From: a virus
Length of the DNA stretch: 64,000 nt
IMG/VR virus record: IMGVR_UViG_3300037400_003528
Coordinates: 64,001-128,000 of that record
Direction: 5' to 3' (one strand)
The position numbers and the translations under genes are program-made. Shown in pieces: positions 1 through 13,400 of the stretch. How positions within the stretch are numbered: position 1 is the first letter of the stretch; the number at the start of each line of letters is the position of its first letter. A model generated the notes under the pieces. That model ran no database searches. It worked only from the letters and a program-made list of their open reading frames with translations, and was not told the DNA's origin.

Positions 1-151
1 GTATGAAGTATAGCGGGTCAAATCTGGCCCTTTAATGTTACACAATAACAAAATAATTTTAGGAAAATCGGGAAGGCTGAGATGCTAATCCGAGCGGAAG
101 TTGTCTTTTAAAAGAGGCAACACGCGCAGAGCATAGGAGAAAAAACTTATT

Positions 152-1168
152 ATGGCAAACAAAAAAATAGTTCCAAAAGAACACCAAGATATTATTATTG
201 ATTTTTATGTAAATAAACAATATGGAATACAAAAAGTTATAAAAGAATTAAAAAAAATAGGTTTAAGTTATGGAGAAAGAGTAATAAAAAGGATTCTTCA
301 AGAAAATAATGTCCATATTCGTAATTTTAATGAAGCTAAAGTAGGAAGATATAAAATAGAAGTTCCTAAATAGCTTTAGCAAGAAATAATTGAATTATAT
401 TAGAGAGGATATGGATTAGAAAAAATTGTAGAAATTTTAAATACGTCTTTTTCTTTTGATAAAGTAAAATCTATTTTAATTGAAAATGGTATTCATATTA
501 GAAATTTACAAGAAGCTTCTTAGGTAAAGGTTATACCTGATTTAAGAAAATATTCTATTAATGATAATTATAATTTTCAAAGTCATAATGGAGCATGGGT
601 TTTAGGAATGTTTGCTTCAGATGGTTATTTACCAATTACTAAAGGGGCTAAGAATCGAATAATTTTAACATTACAAAGAAGAGATGAAGATTGTTTATCT
701 TTAATAAAAGAAGAATTATAGTATACAGGACCTATTAACCAATATAATTCAACTTTAGGGTATCCTAATTCTTCTCTTGCTTTTACTTCTTATAAAATTA
801 GAAAAGAATTTGAAAGTTTTGGTATTGTAAATGCTAAAACATTTAAATTAAAACATCTTCCATAGAATATAAAAGATGAATATATATTAGATTTTATTCG
901 AGGTTATTTTGATGGAGACGGAAGTGTTTATGAGAAAAGAGGATCTATAGCTTCAAGTTTTACTTGCGCTAACAAAACTTTTTTAGAAGATATAAAGAAA
1001 GTTTTATTTTAGAAGTTAAAATTAGAAGGAGGGTCTATTTCCTTAAATCACAATGTATATTCTTTAAAATATGGAAAAGAGGATACTTTAAAAATGTGTT
1101 CTTTCTTTTATGATAATAATTATTTATCTCTTCCTCGAAAAAAGAAAAAATTTAATGCTTTAAGATAA
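152..1168 (+). CDS. LAGLIDADG homing endonuclease (double-motif), 338 aa with 7 in-frame TAG read as sense
   Basis: Two LAGLIDADG motifs are readable: 'WVLGMFASDGYL' and 'ILDFIRGYFDGDGSV'. The frame is continuous from ATG 152 to TAA 1166-1168 only if TAG is translated. Confidence 0.8.
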
Positions 1169-1461
1169 TATCTCCCACGAGCCTAAATATCCCAAAAGGA
1201 TAAAAAGATATGCCGAACTTATACGAAAAAGAAGTATAAGAAGTAAAGATAAAAAACTTTACGATAACAAGAATTTGCAGATTTTAAATTTACGTCACAA
1301 GCTAATCATATTCAAAAATTACAGAAACTAAAATAGCATTATACGCAACAAGGTTTTCATTTACAACGATTATATAAACGTAGAAAAAAAGACGATAATG
1401 GAATATATCGATCTACTTTTGGTACTATAATGTAGAAGCATCCATGGGGAGGTACATCTGT

Positions 1462-1791
1462 ATGTCACAAATGGTTTTAAAAAATGGAGTTTCTATTTAG
1501 TATGAAAGTTTTTTTATAAATATCAAAAGAATTATAAATCAAACATATAAACTTTTACCTATGAGAGAATAGGGAAAAAATTGGATTAAACCGCTTGAAA
1601 CTTTAATTGAAGAACTTTGCGGAATGAAAAGATTAATACCTAATCAAGATGATCTTTTTTTTACTTTATTATGTAAAATGGAGGGATTATTTGATTTAAC
1701 TGATGACGAAAAAGATATGATTCTTTATAGACGAATTATTTTTGAGTGTTTAAGTTTGTTAAATAGTTTAAATACAAATGTTACGATATAA
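1462..1791 (+). CDS. hypothetical protein (109 aa, 1 in-frame TAG)
   Basis: RBS 'ggggagg' lies 9 nt upstream of ATG 1462. The open frame runs to TAA 1789-1791 across one TAG. The start is ambiguous, since the frame is open from 1399. Confidence 0.4.
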
Positions 1792-3076
1792 AAATTTTAA
1801 AAATAGAATTTCAGCTAGAAATGATTAGTATAATCAAGATTTTGAAAATCATAAAGGATTAAACGGTCTACAAAAAAGATTAGCAGTCCGCGGTGGTTCT
1901 GACCAATGGATTAGAATGAGAGAAGATAAACTAAGAAGTTTAAAAAGTGCTTTAGTTGCTTCTTATCAACGTGCTATTGTTCAAAAGTATGATGTTAAAA
2001 AAGATAGTTTAGCAAAAAACATTATTTCAATAATTACTCTTTTACAAGATAAAGTTTAGTTATCTGATTCTGAAATACAATTTTTAAATGGAATTGAAGA
2101 ATAGTATAACTTTATAGAAACAGATAAGGATTCACCGCAATATATAAATCAATTACAAGAAATTGTAGATTCTTTAGTTAATAGCGAACCTTTATTTAAA
2201 TGTTTAATTAATCACGATAAATTAAAAGTAGATTATTAGGATAAAATTATATCTATTCCTTTTATGTAGCCTCCTGTTGGAGAAAAAGAACCTATTGAAA
2301 CTAATTTTCATAATGGTACTGTTTTTAAATGGGTGCATGGAAATAAAGAAGAATGGACTCCAGATACTTATTGGATTGTATATATGCAATACTCAGAAGA
2401 AACTGCTTATTTTAGAGCAGAAATTAGAAAAGCAGATGAAGAAATTGAAATTATAACAATAGATGAAGAAGGTAATGAAAATACTGTTACTTATCATGGT
2501 TGGATGACAGGACCTAATGAAACAACAGCTTTATGGAATACTAAAAAAGGTGTTGTTTGGAATGATATGAATTATACTAAATTACTATATATAACAAAAG
2601 ATGAAGATACATTGGCTTTTTTTCAACGCTTTGATAGAATTATAATTAATGGAAAACCTTGGTAGGTACAAGCCTATAATGAAAGTTATAGTACAAATAA
2701 ACATGGAGATGCGGAAACTGGTATAATTAGAGTAGCATTAAAAGAAACTTATACAGGTACTTCTCAATTTGTAAAAGAAACAATATAGGATTTGGATAAA
2801 CAACAAGCAGATAAATAGGTTTATGATGTTACTCATACATAGGGGTATATTGACGGTCCTATGGTTGCCGCACCTTATGATAGATTGACCTATACAGCAA
2901 AAAATCTAGAACCCGCAGAATGGTCTATATCTGATACCACTCTTGCTAAAATAGTTTCAATATCATAGGATGGAAAAACTATTAAAATAGATATTTTAAC
3001 AGGATTTTCTAATAAAGAAGGTTTTGAAATTAGTTATGGAGATTTAAAGTTGCAAATTCCTATTGTATCTTTATGA
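1778..3076 (+). CDS. virion/tail structural protein, hypothetical (432 aa, ~9 in-frame TAG, ends TGA)
   Basis: ATG 1778 overlaps the upstream gene end. A triplet-by-triplet check found no TAA/TGA until TGA 3074-3076. The frame contains the supplied ORF 2333..2665. Confidence 0.6.
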
Positions 3077-3095
3077 GGGAAAAGGAGAATATTGC

Positions 3096-3728
3096 ATGAG
3101 AAAAGATTTAATATCTTTAAAACCTATCTATTCAACGTTTTTATCATGCGATAAAGATATATAGAAAATTTTAAAAACTCTTTTTGTTTAGAGTCGGCCT
3201 CATAGTGATATATTAAAAAAACTTTTGATTATAAATTCAAAAGATTGTTTAGAGAAGAATGAAGAATATCAACGTGTTATTGACAGTTTTTCTTTAAAAG
3301 ATTTAATTGATAAAGATTATATAAGATTAAATCCTAAAATATCAAGAGGAACACATTAGGAAGTAAAAAGTTATATTATTATTTCTTTAGATAATTTTTC
3401 TCCAAATATAAGAAATTCTTAGTATCGAGATTATTTTATTAATTTTGATATAGTGTGTTATAATGATACTTGGGTATTAAATGATTATAAAATTAGACCT
3501 TTAATGATTTGTGGATATATTTAGGGGATATTAAGAAGTTTAACTTCTTCTAATTCTAAAAATAAAAAATCTTATGATGCAGATATAAAGTTAACAGGTA
3601 TTGGAAAATATTAGTTAATTGGTTGTAAACAAGTTGTTTTAAATGAAGATTTATCTATGTATACATTATCTTTTAGAGGAATGCATTTTACAGAAGATAT
3701 AGGATAGATGAAGAACAATGGAGAATGA
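3096..3728 (+). CDS. hypothetical structural protein (210 aa, 8 TAG, ends TGA)
   Basis: RBS 'aaaggaga' precedes ATG 3096. The frame is open to TGA 3726-3728 only with TAG read-through. Confidence 0.55.
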
Positions 3729-4464
3729 ACTTTTATATTTATCAGGAAACGATATTCCTTTTATAGAAGCTAAAGTAATTATTCATCAACCTACTATTAA
3801 AGAAATTGCTTACATAGGAGAAAAATCTTTCTTTACAGGATGTTAGTTTTTAAATTTTTCAAAAGACAATTTAGAAGAAAAGGACAAAATTATTTCAGAA
3901 AAATTAAATGATTTTGAAATATTAATGAAAATGATAAGACAAAAAGATGCAGTAACTAAAAGTTATAAAGTATGTATGTAGATGGTATTAACTTTAATTT
4001 TTCCTTAGTATAAAATAGATTTTTTACCGTTAAGTATTAGATTGGTAAAAGATAATGAAGAATTTTTTATAGATAAGGATAATTTTGATATATTTAAAAA
4101 TATATTACAAAAAATGTTTTGTTTATATCAAAATAATAATTCATCTAAATACAATCCTGGCGGACCGCAGGCGAAAGCAATTGTTGAAAAATTTAGATAG
4201 AGAGATAGAAAATTAGCAAAATTAAAAAGGCAAGGGGCTGAAGTAGATTAGATTAATATTTTATCTGAGTATATATCTATTTTAACGGTCGGTTAGAAAA
4301 AAGATATGAATTAGTTATTACATTATACTGTTTATCAATTATAGAATGAAATCCGCCGATTTAGATTAAAACAGAATTATGATTTATATATTAAAGCTAA
4401 ATTAGCGGGCGCACAAAATTTATAGGAAGTTAAAAATTGGATGGAAAGAATTTCCACCGATTAA
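3718..4464 (+). CDS. hypothetical tail-assembly/structural protein (248 aa, ~11 TAG)
   Basis: ATG 3718 overlaps the previous gene. The frame was verified line by line to TAA 4462-4464. Confidence 0.55.
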
Positions 4465-4485
4465 AATTTTTAAGGAGGAAAAAAC

Positions 4486-5517
4486 ATGAAGTTTGGTGTA
4501 CGCGAATGTGCAAATATTGTTTTCCGTGCAAAACAAGAGACTGTTATTGGAACTTCAAGATTCCATGTTGGTCAACCAGTACTTTATATTGATACAGCAA
4601 CTACATCTTCAATGGAACAAGCTAGTTCAACTGTATACGCGCAAGGTGGCCGCGGTAACTCACGTTTAATTGCTTGGGAAGGTGATAAAACTCTTACATT
4701 TACTGTTACCGATGCTCTTATTTCACCTGTTTCTTTAAGTATTTTATCTGGAGCAGGTCTTGTAAAAGAGGGTAGTCAGACTGTACATGTGCATGCTACT
4801 ACTGCTGCAACAATGACTGTTTCTGGACAAATTGGTACTATTGATTTAACTGATGCTCTTGTTGAATTTGGTCCTTTAACTGGAGAGAATGCTATTTCTA
4901 TTGATGCCGGTACTGATGCTCCTATTTTTATTATTAGAACTGAAGATGATGGTTCTATTACAGGAGATATTGTTGTTTCTGGAAATACTCAAGAGAAATA
5001 GGTTAAGTATAATTATGATGCTAGTTCTAAAAAGGCTACATTACAGATTGGTGATCCTAAATGGAATTCTGCTAGTGGAACAGCTATTTCAGGAAATGTA
5101 AATGTATTAGTTGATTATTACGTAGTTAAGAAATCTGAAAAAGTTTCTGAAATTCAGCTTACTCCCGCCGATTTTGCAGGTTATTACTATGTTGAAGCTG
5201 ATACTCTATTTAGATCACAGTCTACTGGTGTTGATATGCCTGCTAACTTAACATTCCCTAATGTTAAAGTTCAGTCTGGATTTACTATTTCAATGGCAGG
5301 TACAGGTGATCCTTCTACATTTGATTTTACAATGGATGCTTTCCCTGGATATACTTATTTTGATAAGACTAAACAGGTTCTTTGTGTAATTCAAATTGTT
5401 GAAGATAGCTTATCTGCTACTACTTCTGGACATAGTGTAATGAGAAATGAAGCTCCTGTTGAACATCCTGATGTTTTAGCAGGTGATAGTGACTTATTTG
5501 AAAATGTCTCAGGTTAA
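4486..5517 (+). CDS. major tail (tube) protein candidate, 343 aa, 1 in-frame TAG
   Basis: Strong RBS 'taaggagga'. The reading joins ORFs 4486..5001 and 5236..5517, which share a frame across one TAG. Codon usage is GC-richer and high-expression-like. A strong terminator follows, and the gene sits upstream of the chaperones and tape measure gene. Confidence 0.55.
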
Positions 5518-5531
5518 AGATAATTAATTTA

Positions 5532-5575
5532 ATGGGAAAGGATATATAAAAATATCCTTTCCCATTTTTTGTTTT
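5532..5575 (+). terminator. rho-independent terminator (14-bp perfect stem atgggaaaggatat/atatcctttcccat + T-run)
   Basis: Perfect inverted repeat with a 6-nt loop, followed by 'tttttt'. Confidence 0.8.
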
Positions 5576-5590
5576 ATGGGAGATTATTAT

Positions 5591-6739
5591 ATGGCTGCTT
5601 TTTCTATATCAATTAATAAAAAAATATTATAGCAAATTTCTAATGAAATTGGAGATAGGACTGCTGAAGAATTGAAAGAGATTGGAGATAATCAAAGTTT
5701 ATTTTTAAAAAAGATTGCTTTAGATTATTTACAAGTTGTAGAAAAAAATAAAGAAAAAATAAAAATAATAGAAGATACAGAAAAAAAACTAAAAGAAAAA
5801 AGACATGCTTTAAATTTGAGCAAAAATCCTAAAGATCGTAAATTAGTATAGCAATATAATGAATATAAAGAATAGTTAAAAAATAGTATTCAAATAGATA
5901 CTATTTTAGATGATTTTTTTAAAGCATCCTTAATATTTAATGAATCTATTGTTTAGATTTTAACTGGAAGAAAAACAAGAATTACTATTGTAATACCTAC
6001 AGCAAACGAAGCACCTATAATTAGAGATTATAGTATAGAAGAATTATTAGATTAGAGATCTGGTGTTTCAATAATTCAAGATATTACTTCTGGAAATATT
6101 CCTAGAGTAGCGGGACGATTACAATATGATATTGAAAAAATGAAAAACGATTTTAATATTGCAATTCAAAAAGATACTATGATAAATTTAGAAGAATTAG
6201 ATGCTTTAAATGAAACTTATAATTCTGCTTTATTTGATAATTTTAATAGATATAAACCATATGTATATTGGAAGCCTTTGTCATCTGAAAAATGGTTTAA
6301 AATGAAAATTAGTGGTGGCGCAGGAGATATTTCTGAAGGGTATGCTTATTTTTATTATAAAAGTAATGAAAATAATTTTAATTTTGCTGTTCATCATTTG
6401 TATGATAATTTAGATACTTTTTTTAGAATAGGAGTAGCTTCTGTCAGTAATTTATCTGGATTATATGCAGGAGACATATCAACATCTCAATATGAATATG
6501 CTGTAAAAAGTTTACAAGCATCTTTACCAGGTTATATACAAATGATTAAAATGGCTCAAAAAATTATAAATAATAAAATAAAAGATGTTCCGGCTTTAAA
6601 AAAGATAGCATTAAAAGCTCAATATAAAAATCCTATTTAGAAGACAGGAGAAAAGGGTTTAAGAAATGTAGTTACAGAAGCATTAGAAGAAGATCTTTAG
6701 AAAAAATTAGAAACTGATTTAAAATATAATTTATTATAA
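5591..6739 (+). CDS. hypothetical tail assembly protein (382 aa, ~9 TAG)
   Basis: The frame is continuous from ATG 5591 through ORF 6140..6640 to TAA 6737-6739 when TAG is read through. Confidence 0.55.
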
Positions 6740-6741
6740 AT

Positions 6742-6770
6742 TTGACAAAATAAAAAATTTTTGTTATACT
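6742..6770 (+). promoter_or_regulatory. sigma70-like promoter TTGACA-17-TATACT
   Basis: Exact -35 hexamer, 17-nt spacer 'aaataaaaaatttttgt' and a -10 'tatact'. An RBS and ATG 6812 lie downstream. Confidence 0.7.
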
Positions 6771-6811
6771 ATAAAAAATGAATTAATTTAAATTCAAAAG
6801 GAGATAAAAGG

Positions 6812-7348
6812 ATGAATTATAAAGATTTAAATCTACATATTAATAAAGATACTTATTGTATTGAAATGTAGGGGAAAAAAATTAATATTAAAAAATACCT
6901 TCCTATTAGAGATAAAAAAGATTTAATTGAAATAACTTTACAAAAAGCGGAATAGGCGGACGGTACATATAATGAAATTTTAATTGATATGTATTTTCAT
7001 TTACATCTTATTTATCTTTATACTGATATTGAATTTACAGAGGAAGATAGAGAAGATGAAATGAAACTTTATGATGAATTAGAAAGTAACGGAATACTTG
7101 AAAGGATAGTTAATAAAATTCCTGATGAAGAATATGAAATTTTAATGGATTATTTAAAGACAACACGTAAAGAAATTAGTTCTTATAAGCATAGTGCGGC
7201 AGCTATGGTACAAAAATTAATTATAGATTTACCAAAGAATGCAGAAGCCGCCGCCAAAATTGTATAGGAATTTGATCCAGAAAAATATAAAGAAATTGTT
7301 GATTTTGCTCAACATGCTAATGCAGATAGACCAATTCCTTCAAAATAA
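6812..7348 (+). CDS. putative tail assembly chaperone (178 aa, 4 TAG) immediately upstream of the tape measure gene
   Basis: RBS 'aaaggagat' precedes the start. The frame contains ORF 6989..7267 and ends at TAA 7346-7348. The call is positional. Confidence 0.5.
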
Positions 7349-7376
7349 AATTAGGGCTAAATAATTTAATTTTAAT

Positions 7377-7420
7377 CGCTCTCTTTGTATAATATACAAA
7401 GAGAGCGATTTTTTTATTTT
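7377..7420 (+). terminator. rho-independent terminator (cgctctctttgtat...atacaaagagagcg + T-run)
   Basis: 14-bp perfect inverted repeat followed by 'tttttttatttt'. Confidence 0.75.
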
Positions 7421-7448
7421 ATTTAAAATGTAGAGGAGGAGATAATTA

Positions 7449-10400
7449 ATGGCTCAACAAGGAGGGAAAATAGATTTTTAGATAGGGTTTAAAACAGATA
7501 AAACCGCTATCGAAGAAATTAAGAAAAGTCTTCAAAGTATCCAAAATATAAAAATAACTGATTTTGGAGGAACAAAAGAAGAATTAAAAGATATAAAAGA
7601 TACAGCAGCGGAAGTAGAAAGAGCCTTAAATGAAGCATTTAATCCAAATATAAAATCAATTAATTTAAAGACTTTTGATACTTAGCTAGGAAAATCTAAA
7701 ATAACGATAAATGATATATCAGAAAAATTTTCTAAACTTGGTCCGCAGGGGCAAGTGGCTTTTAGTCAAGTTGCTCGCACCGTTTTAACAACTAATCAGG
7801 AATTAAAACAAACTAGTAGCCTTGTTAATGATTTAGGAACTACTTTTATTAACGCAATGAAATATAATATTGCGGGAAGTATTTTTAGAGGTCTTACAGA
7901 AAGTATTCAAGGTGCTTTTCAATATGTTGAAAGTTTAGAAAAATCATTAACAGATATTAGAATTGTTACAGGAGACTCTCAAGAGAAAATGTAGCAATTT
8001 GCGGATTCTGCTAATAGAGCTGCTCAGGCCATTGGACGTAGTACTATGGATTACAGCAAGGCCGCACTTACTTTCTATCAACAGGGTTTAGATGATTAGG
8101 CTGTTGCTGAAAGAACTCAAACAGTACTACAAGCACAAAATATTACTGGTGCTGGAAGTGAAATGGCTGACTATTTAACCGCAGTATGGAATGGTTATAA
8201 AGTTGCAAATGAATAGGCATAGTTATATGTTGATAAAATGGCGGCAGTTGCAGATACTAGTGCTTCGAACATGAGTTAGTTAGCTATTGCTACATCTAAA
8301 GTTGCATCAACCGCTAGTGCTATGGGAGTTAATGTTGACCAATTAAATGCATCATTAGCTACTGTTATAGCTACAACACGTCAAGCGCCATAGGCAGTAG
8401 GTACTGCTTTTAAAACTATTTTTACTCGTTTAAATGATATTAAAGCTGGAACTGATGATGCGGAAATTAGCCTTGGAAATTATTCAAGTAAAATGGCGCA
8501 ATTAGGATTTAATGTTCTTGATGCAACAGGCCATTTAAGAGACACTGGATAGGTTATAGAAGAAATTGGTTAGAGATGGGATACTCTAACCAGATAGCAA
8601 CAAGTTTACTTAGCTACGACTATGGGTGGTCAAAGACAAGTTAACCAATTAATGGCTTTATTTGAAAACTGGACTACTTATAGTGAATTATTAAATACTT
8701 CTCTTTAGGCGGAAGGTACTCTTGCTGAAAAGAATAGTCGTTATATGGAATCTCTTGGTGCTAAAATGGAGAAGTTAGGTGCAGCAGGAGAACGAGTAAA
8801 AGCTAGTTTAATAGATAGTGAAAGTTTTGGTGGAGTAATTGATATATTAACTACTGGAACTAATTTATTAAGTACTTTTATTTAGGCTATAGGCGGAGGC
8901 GGTTCCGCACTTTTAGGACTTGGTGGTATTGCCACACAAGTTTTTAGCGGAGTTATTGCAAAAGAAATTAATAATGCTATTGTTAATTTTCAAAATATGC
9001 GTTTTAATGCAGAACAAACTAAAATAGAATTACAAAAAACAGAATAGTTTGGACAAATTCAAGGATTAAATAGAGAAGCTATTAATTAGATGTTATTAGC
9101 TAAAAAATAGATGCAAGGTCTTTATTCTGTGATGTCTATATAGGAACGAAATGGTTATAATGCTATTGTTGAAAGTTTAGGTAAAGCTAAATAGCAAGTA
9201 TTGATTTAGCAAGAAAAAGTTAATAAAGCTAAAGAGTATGAAAAGGCTTTAACAGATGTCGCTAATAGTTATGGAATTGATTTTTAGAAACAAAGACTTG
9301 GCGTTATAGATTATGTTGATGCTATAGATAATATGTTGAATAAAATTAAAAAAGGATCTGGAAATTTTGCAGATTTAATAGATTCAACAGAAGAATTAAA
9401 AGTCAATTTAGGCGAATTACCAGAAAGTTTAAAAAATTTATATAATCAATTAGAAAATGCTAAACATGATAAAAGTCTTTCAGAAGATTTATTAAATCAA
9501 ATAAAAAATGATGAAACTGGTACTTTTAAATCTATTTTTGATTAGAAAGAAATTGAAAAACAATTAACTGGTGCTGAAAATATAATTAGAGATAGAATAT
9601 CTAAAATTGTTCAAGAAGTAAGAAATTTAACTGATTTAAGTTTAAATTTAGATATAAATACAGCAAATTTAGAATAGGCTACAAAAAAATTAGAAGATAT
9701 AAAGAAAAAAGTTCAAGATTTACAAAATCAAATTAATCAATCTTTAAATATACGAGGTATTGTTCAAGGTATTGGAAGTATTGGAAGAATTGCTTCAGGA
9801 CTTACTTCTTTATCTAGTGGGATAAAAAATTTATTTAATGAAAATATTTCTGGTTCAGAAAAATTTTTAAAAGTTTTAACAAGTATTGGATATGCTTTAC
9901 CTTCAATTGTTTCTGGTATTACTCAATTAAAAACATTAACTCAAGCACTTTCTGTTGTAACCGTTAATGCTACAAAGGTAGCTGAAGCAAAATTAGCAGT
10001 TGATCAAACTAAACAAATATTAGATTAGAAAACTATAATATTATAGGCAGCAAGAAAAGTTGGTCTTATTGATTTAACAGCTTAGTAGGCGGCAGTTACC
10101 GCAGCAACGGAAGCTCATACAGCAGCAGAAGAAAGATTAGCTGCTGTTATGAGTTTAAATCCATTAGGAAAATATTTAATTGCACTTGCAGCTATTGCAG
10201 GGGCTATTGCATTAGTGGTTAAAGTTGTTGATTAGGTTAATATGTCTATTAAATAGGCAGATTAGGCTATTGATACTTTTAATAAAAAAGTAGAATAGTC
10301 TAATAATAAAATAAAGAATTTTAATTCTAATATAGGTTCATTAAAAGATGCAGAAGAGGAATGGGATAAATTATCTCAACAAGCTGGAGTTTATAATTCT

Positions 10401-13400
10401 ACTATTGATAACTTAACAGAATCAGAAAAACAACGCTATTTTGAATTAAGTAATTTAATTGCTGAATATAATGAAGATGCTGTTGCTGGATATGATGAAC
10501 AAGGTAATGCTATTATTGCAAACAATGAAGCATTAAAAGAAACTATTTAGTTATTAAAACAAAAACGTCAAGAATAGATTAATAATACTTATAATAGTCC
10601 AGAATATCATCAAAGTTAGAGAGGTAGACAAGAAAAATATAAAAAAGCAACAAAAAGCACTTCAGAATTAGAATCTGCTGGAAAAGATATAGTTAATTAT
10701 TTAAATAGATTAAATAATAATATGACTGATGAGCAATCGGAAATAAAAGCTCAAATAGAAGATATAATTGCTCAAGGCAGATAGGGAATTTATAAAAATA
10801 GAGATTAGCTATTAAATCTTATTGAATCTGTTTATTCTAAATTAGATTCTTCTCAAAAAGATTATTTAAATGATAATTTTAAAGAATGGTTATCTACAGC
10901 AAAAGAAAATGAAAAATTAATAGAAGATAGTATAGATGGATTAAAAGATAGCGTTTTAATTGCTTTACAAGCTACAAAAGATTCAAATTAGACTTCTATT
11001 TTTCAAAAAGCTAAATAGGCAGGTATTTCTAATATAGAAGGAATGGTTGCTGGTTATTATGAAGGATTAAAAGAACGGGGTTAGTTAGAAGGAAGATCTT
11101 CTGAAGATATAGCTAAAGAAATTAATGAACAATTAATTCAACCTATGTTAGATACTTTTGGTAAAACAGATTCTAATGGAATATCTCTTTATCAAAAATT
11201 ACTTGATAGTATTTCAAATGATGAAAAACTTCAAAAAGGAGATTTTTTAAATCTTGAAGAAAAAAATCAATATATAAAGGAATTATTAGAAAATTTCTTT
11301 CAAGAAAATTTAGATACTATAAAAGAATTATCTGGTGCTTCAGATAAAACCAAAGCAGCTTTTTAGCAATTATTTGTTAATATGTTTAATATTGACGGTA
11401 ATTTAAAAATTAACTTTGATACGGGTAAAGTTTAGGATGTTATTGTTTCAAAAATAGATACTTTAAGAGAACGTATTTCTAATAAAGTTAGAAAAGATAA
11501 TATTTAGTTAATGCCTTCTAAAGAAGAAATTGCCGCTTTATTACCTTCTGATATAACAAACGAAGAATTAGATAATATTACAGAAAGAATTGAAGAATTA
11601 ATAAATAAAACTGGTTCTTGGAGATAGGCTTTAGCTTTAGCTTTAAAAGATGGTGGAGCATTAGCTAATTTAAATACTAATTTAGATACTGTTGGATTAT
11701 TAAATAAACAAGCGGCAGGTGAAAAATTAAGTGATAAAGAGACTACTGCTTTAAATGAAGGTTTAGATACATTAAAACGTTCTTATTCAGATTTACAGAA
11801 TGAAGTTGCAATTTTAAATACAGAATGGCTCCAAGGAACAAGTCAATATGAAGATGCTTTAAGAAAAGTAAAAGGTGCTTTATTAGAAACTTTAGTACAA
11901 TCTGTTGCAGAAATTTAGGGAGAAGATTAGCGATTACAAAAACAAGAAGAAGTCAATGATAGTATTATAAATATGACTACTTCTATGGAAGATTTACAAC
12001 AAGCATGGTTTGCATTAAATCTTGAAGGTCAACAAAATGCTTTAATAAAAGTTGCTTCAAGTTATGAAAGTTGTAGAAATGAAATTCAAGCATATACTTT
12101 GGCTTTATAGGGAAGTAACGATGAAGAAAAGGCGGCTGCTGCGAATGACTTAGCTAGAGCCGCATATTCTGCAGAAAAAGGGTAGCAATATGGAATAGAA
12201 GCAGAACGTATTTCTGAATTGGCTGATGAATATGCAAGATTAGCAGCTGAAGGACAAGTAGAATATGCAGGATTAGATTAGAATGCTGAATTAGCAGCAG
12301 ATGCTGCAACTCGATATATTAGATTAAATGATGCTATTGCAGATTTACAAAAAAATTATAATAGTATGACCTAGCTTCTAAATGCTTTTGCTTCTAGTTC
12401 TCAAAATATTGGAGATATTATTGCTGATAACTCTGATGCTTATCAGTCATTAAAAAAAGATATTGCTGGTATTATTGATGTATCTGAATAGATGATGGAA
12501 AATTAGGGTTGGGGAGACTGGATTGCTGCTAATGCAGATAAAATTCAACAAGCTATGGAAGGTAGCCAAGAAGCAGTTGATGCTCTTCAAAGAAGTGCAG
12601 CTGAGAAAGCTGATGATGTTTTTAATAATATATCTATAGATGGATTATGGTCTATTTTAGATAAAGCTTATGATTCGGTTGCAGATTGGGCAAACAGCTT
12701 ACCAGAAGGCAAACTTGAAATTAATGATCTTAAATTTTTACAAGGTTTAACAGATGCTTTAGATCAAGCTGGTTATACAGCAGGCCAAATTGAAGATATT
12801 TTTAGTTTAATGGATATTGATGTTGATTTTGCAGATAAAATGGTCGATGCTGGAAATGAAATGATAGATATAGCCAATCAAACTGGTTAGTAGACACAAA
12901 AAGGTCTTATGAAAGGTGCTGTAGATATATAGACAACTTCAAGCACAGCTACCAGCTAGGATGCTGCAGAAGCAACTTAGATTATACCAAGACTAGAAGA
13001 AGAATCTAAACCACTTTCAATTCCAACTTTTAGTCCTACTGTTAGTCCTTGGGGAACTTTTTATAACCAGGTTGGAACCGCAACTCCTATTATGACAACT
13101 TATGGTGTATCTATAGATACTAAACCTGTGGAAGATATATCTAAAAAAGAAACTACTGGCACTGGTTTAAAAGTCATTGGAGCTAATAAATCTGCTGGTG
13201 GTAAAGTAAGTCATAAAAATGCTTCCGGTGGTAATAAAAAATCTAGTGGTGGTGGTAAAAAAGGTAAAGGCAAAAAAGGAGGAGGTAAAAAAGGTAAATC
13301 CTCAACTCCAAAAACACCTAAAGTTTAGAAACCTGTAACTGACAAACCCGATCGTTATCATGATGTAAATCTTAAATTAAAAGATATTGATAATGAATTA

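Noticed and set aside
1-151. tRNA (possible suppressor) or CRISPR array in GC-richer patches (1-151, 34944-34964, 49798-50080)
   Set aside because: I could find no cloverleaf-compatible acceptor or T-arm pairing, and no direct-repeat/spacer periodicity anywhere in the window.
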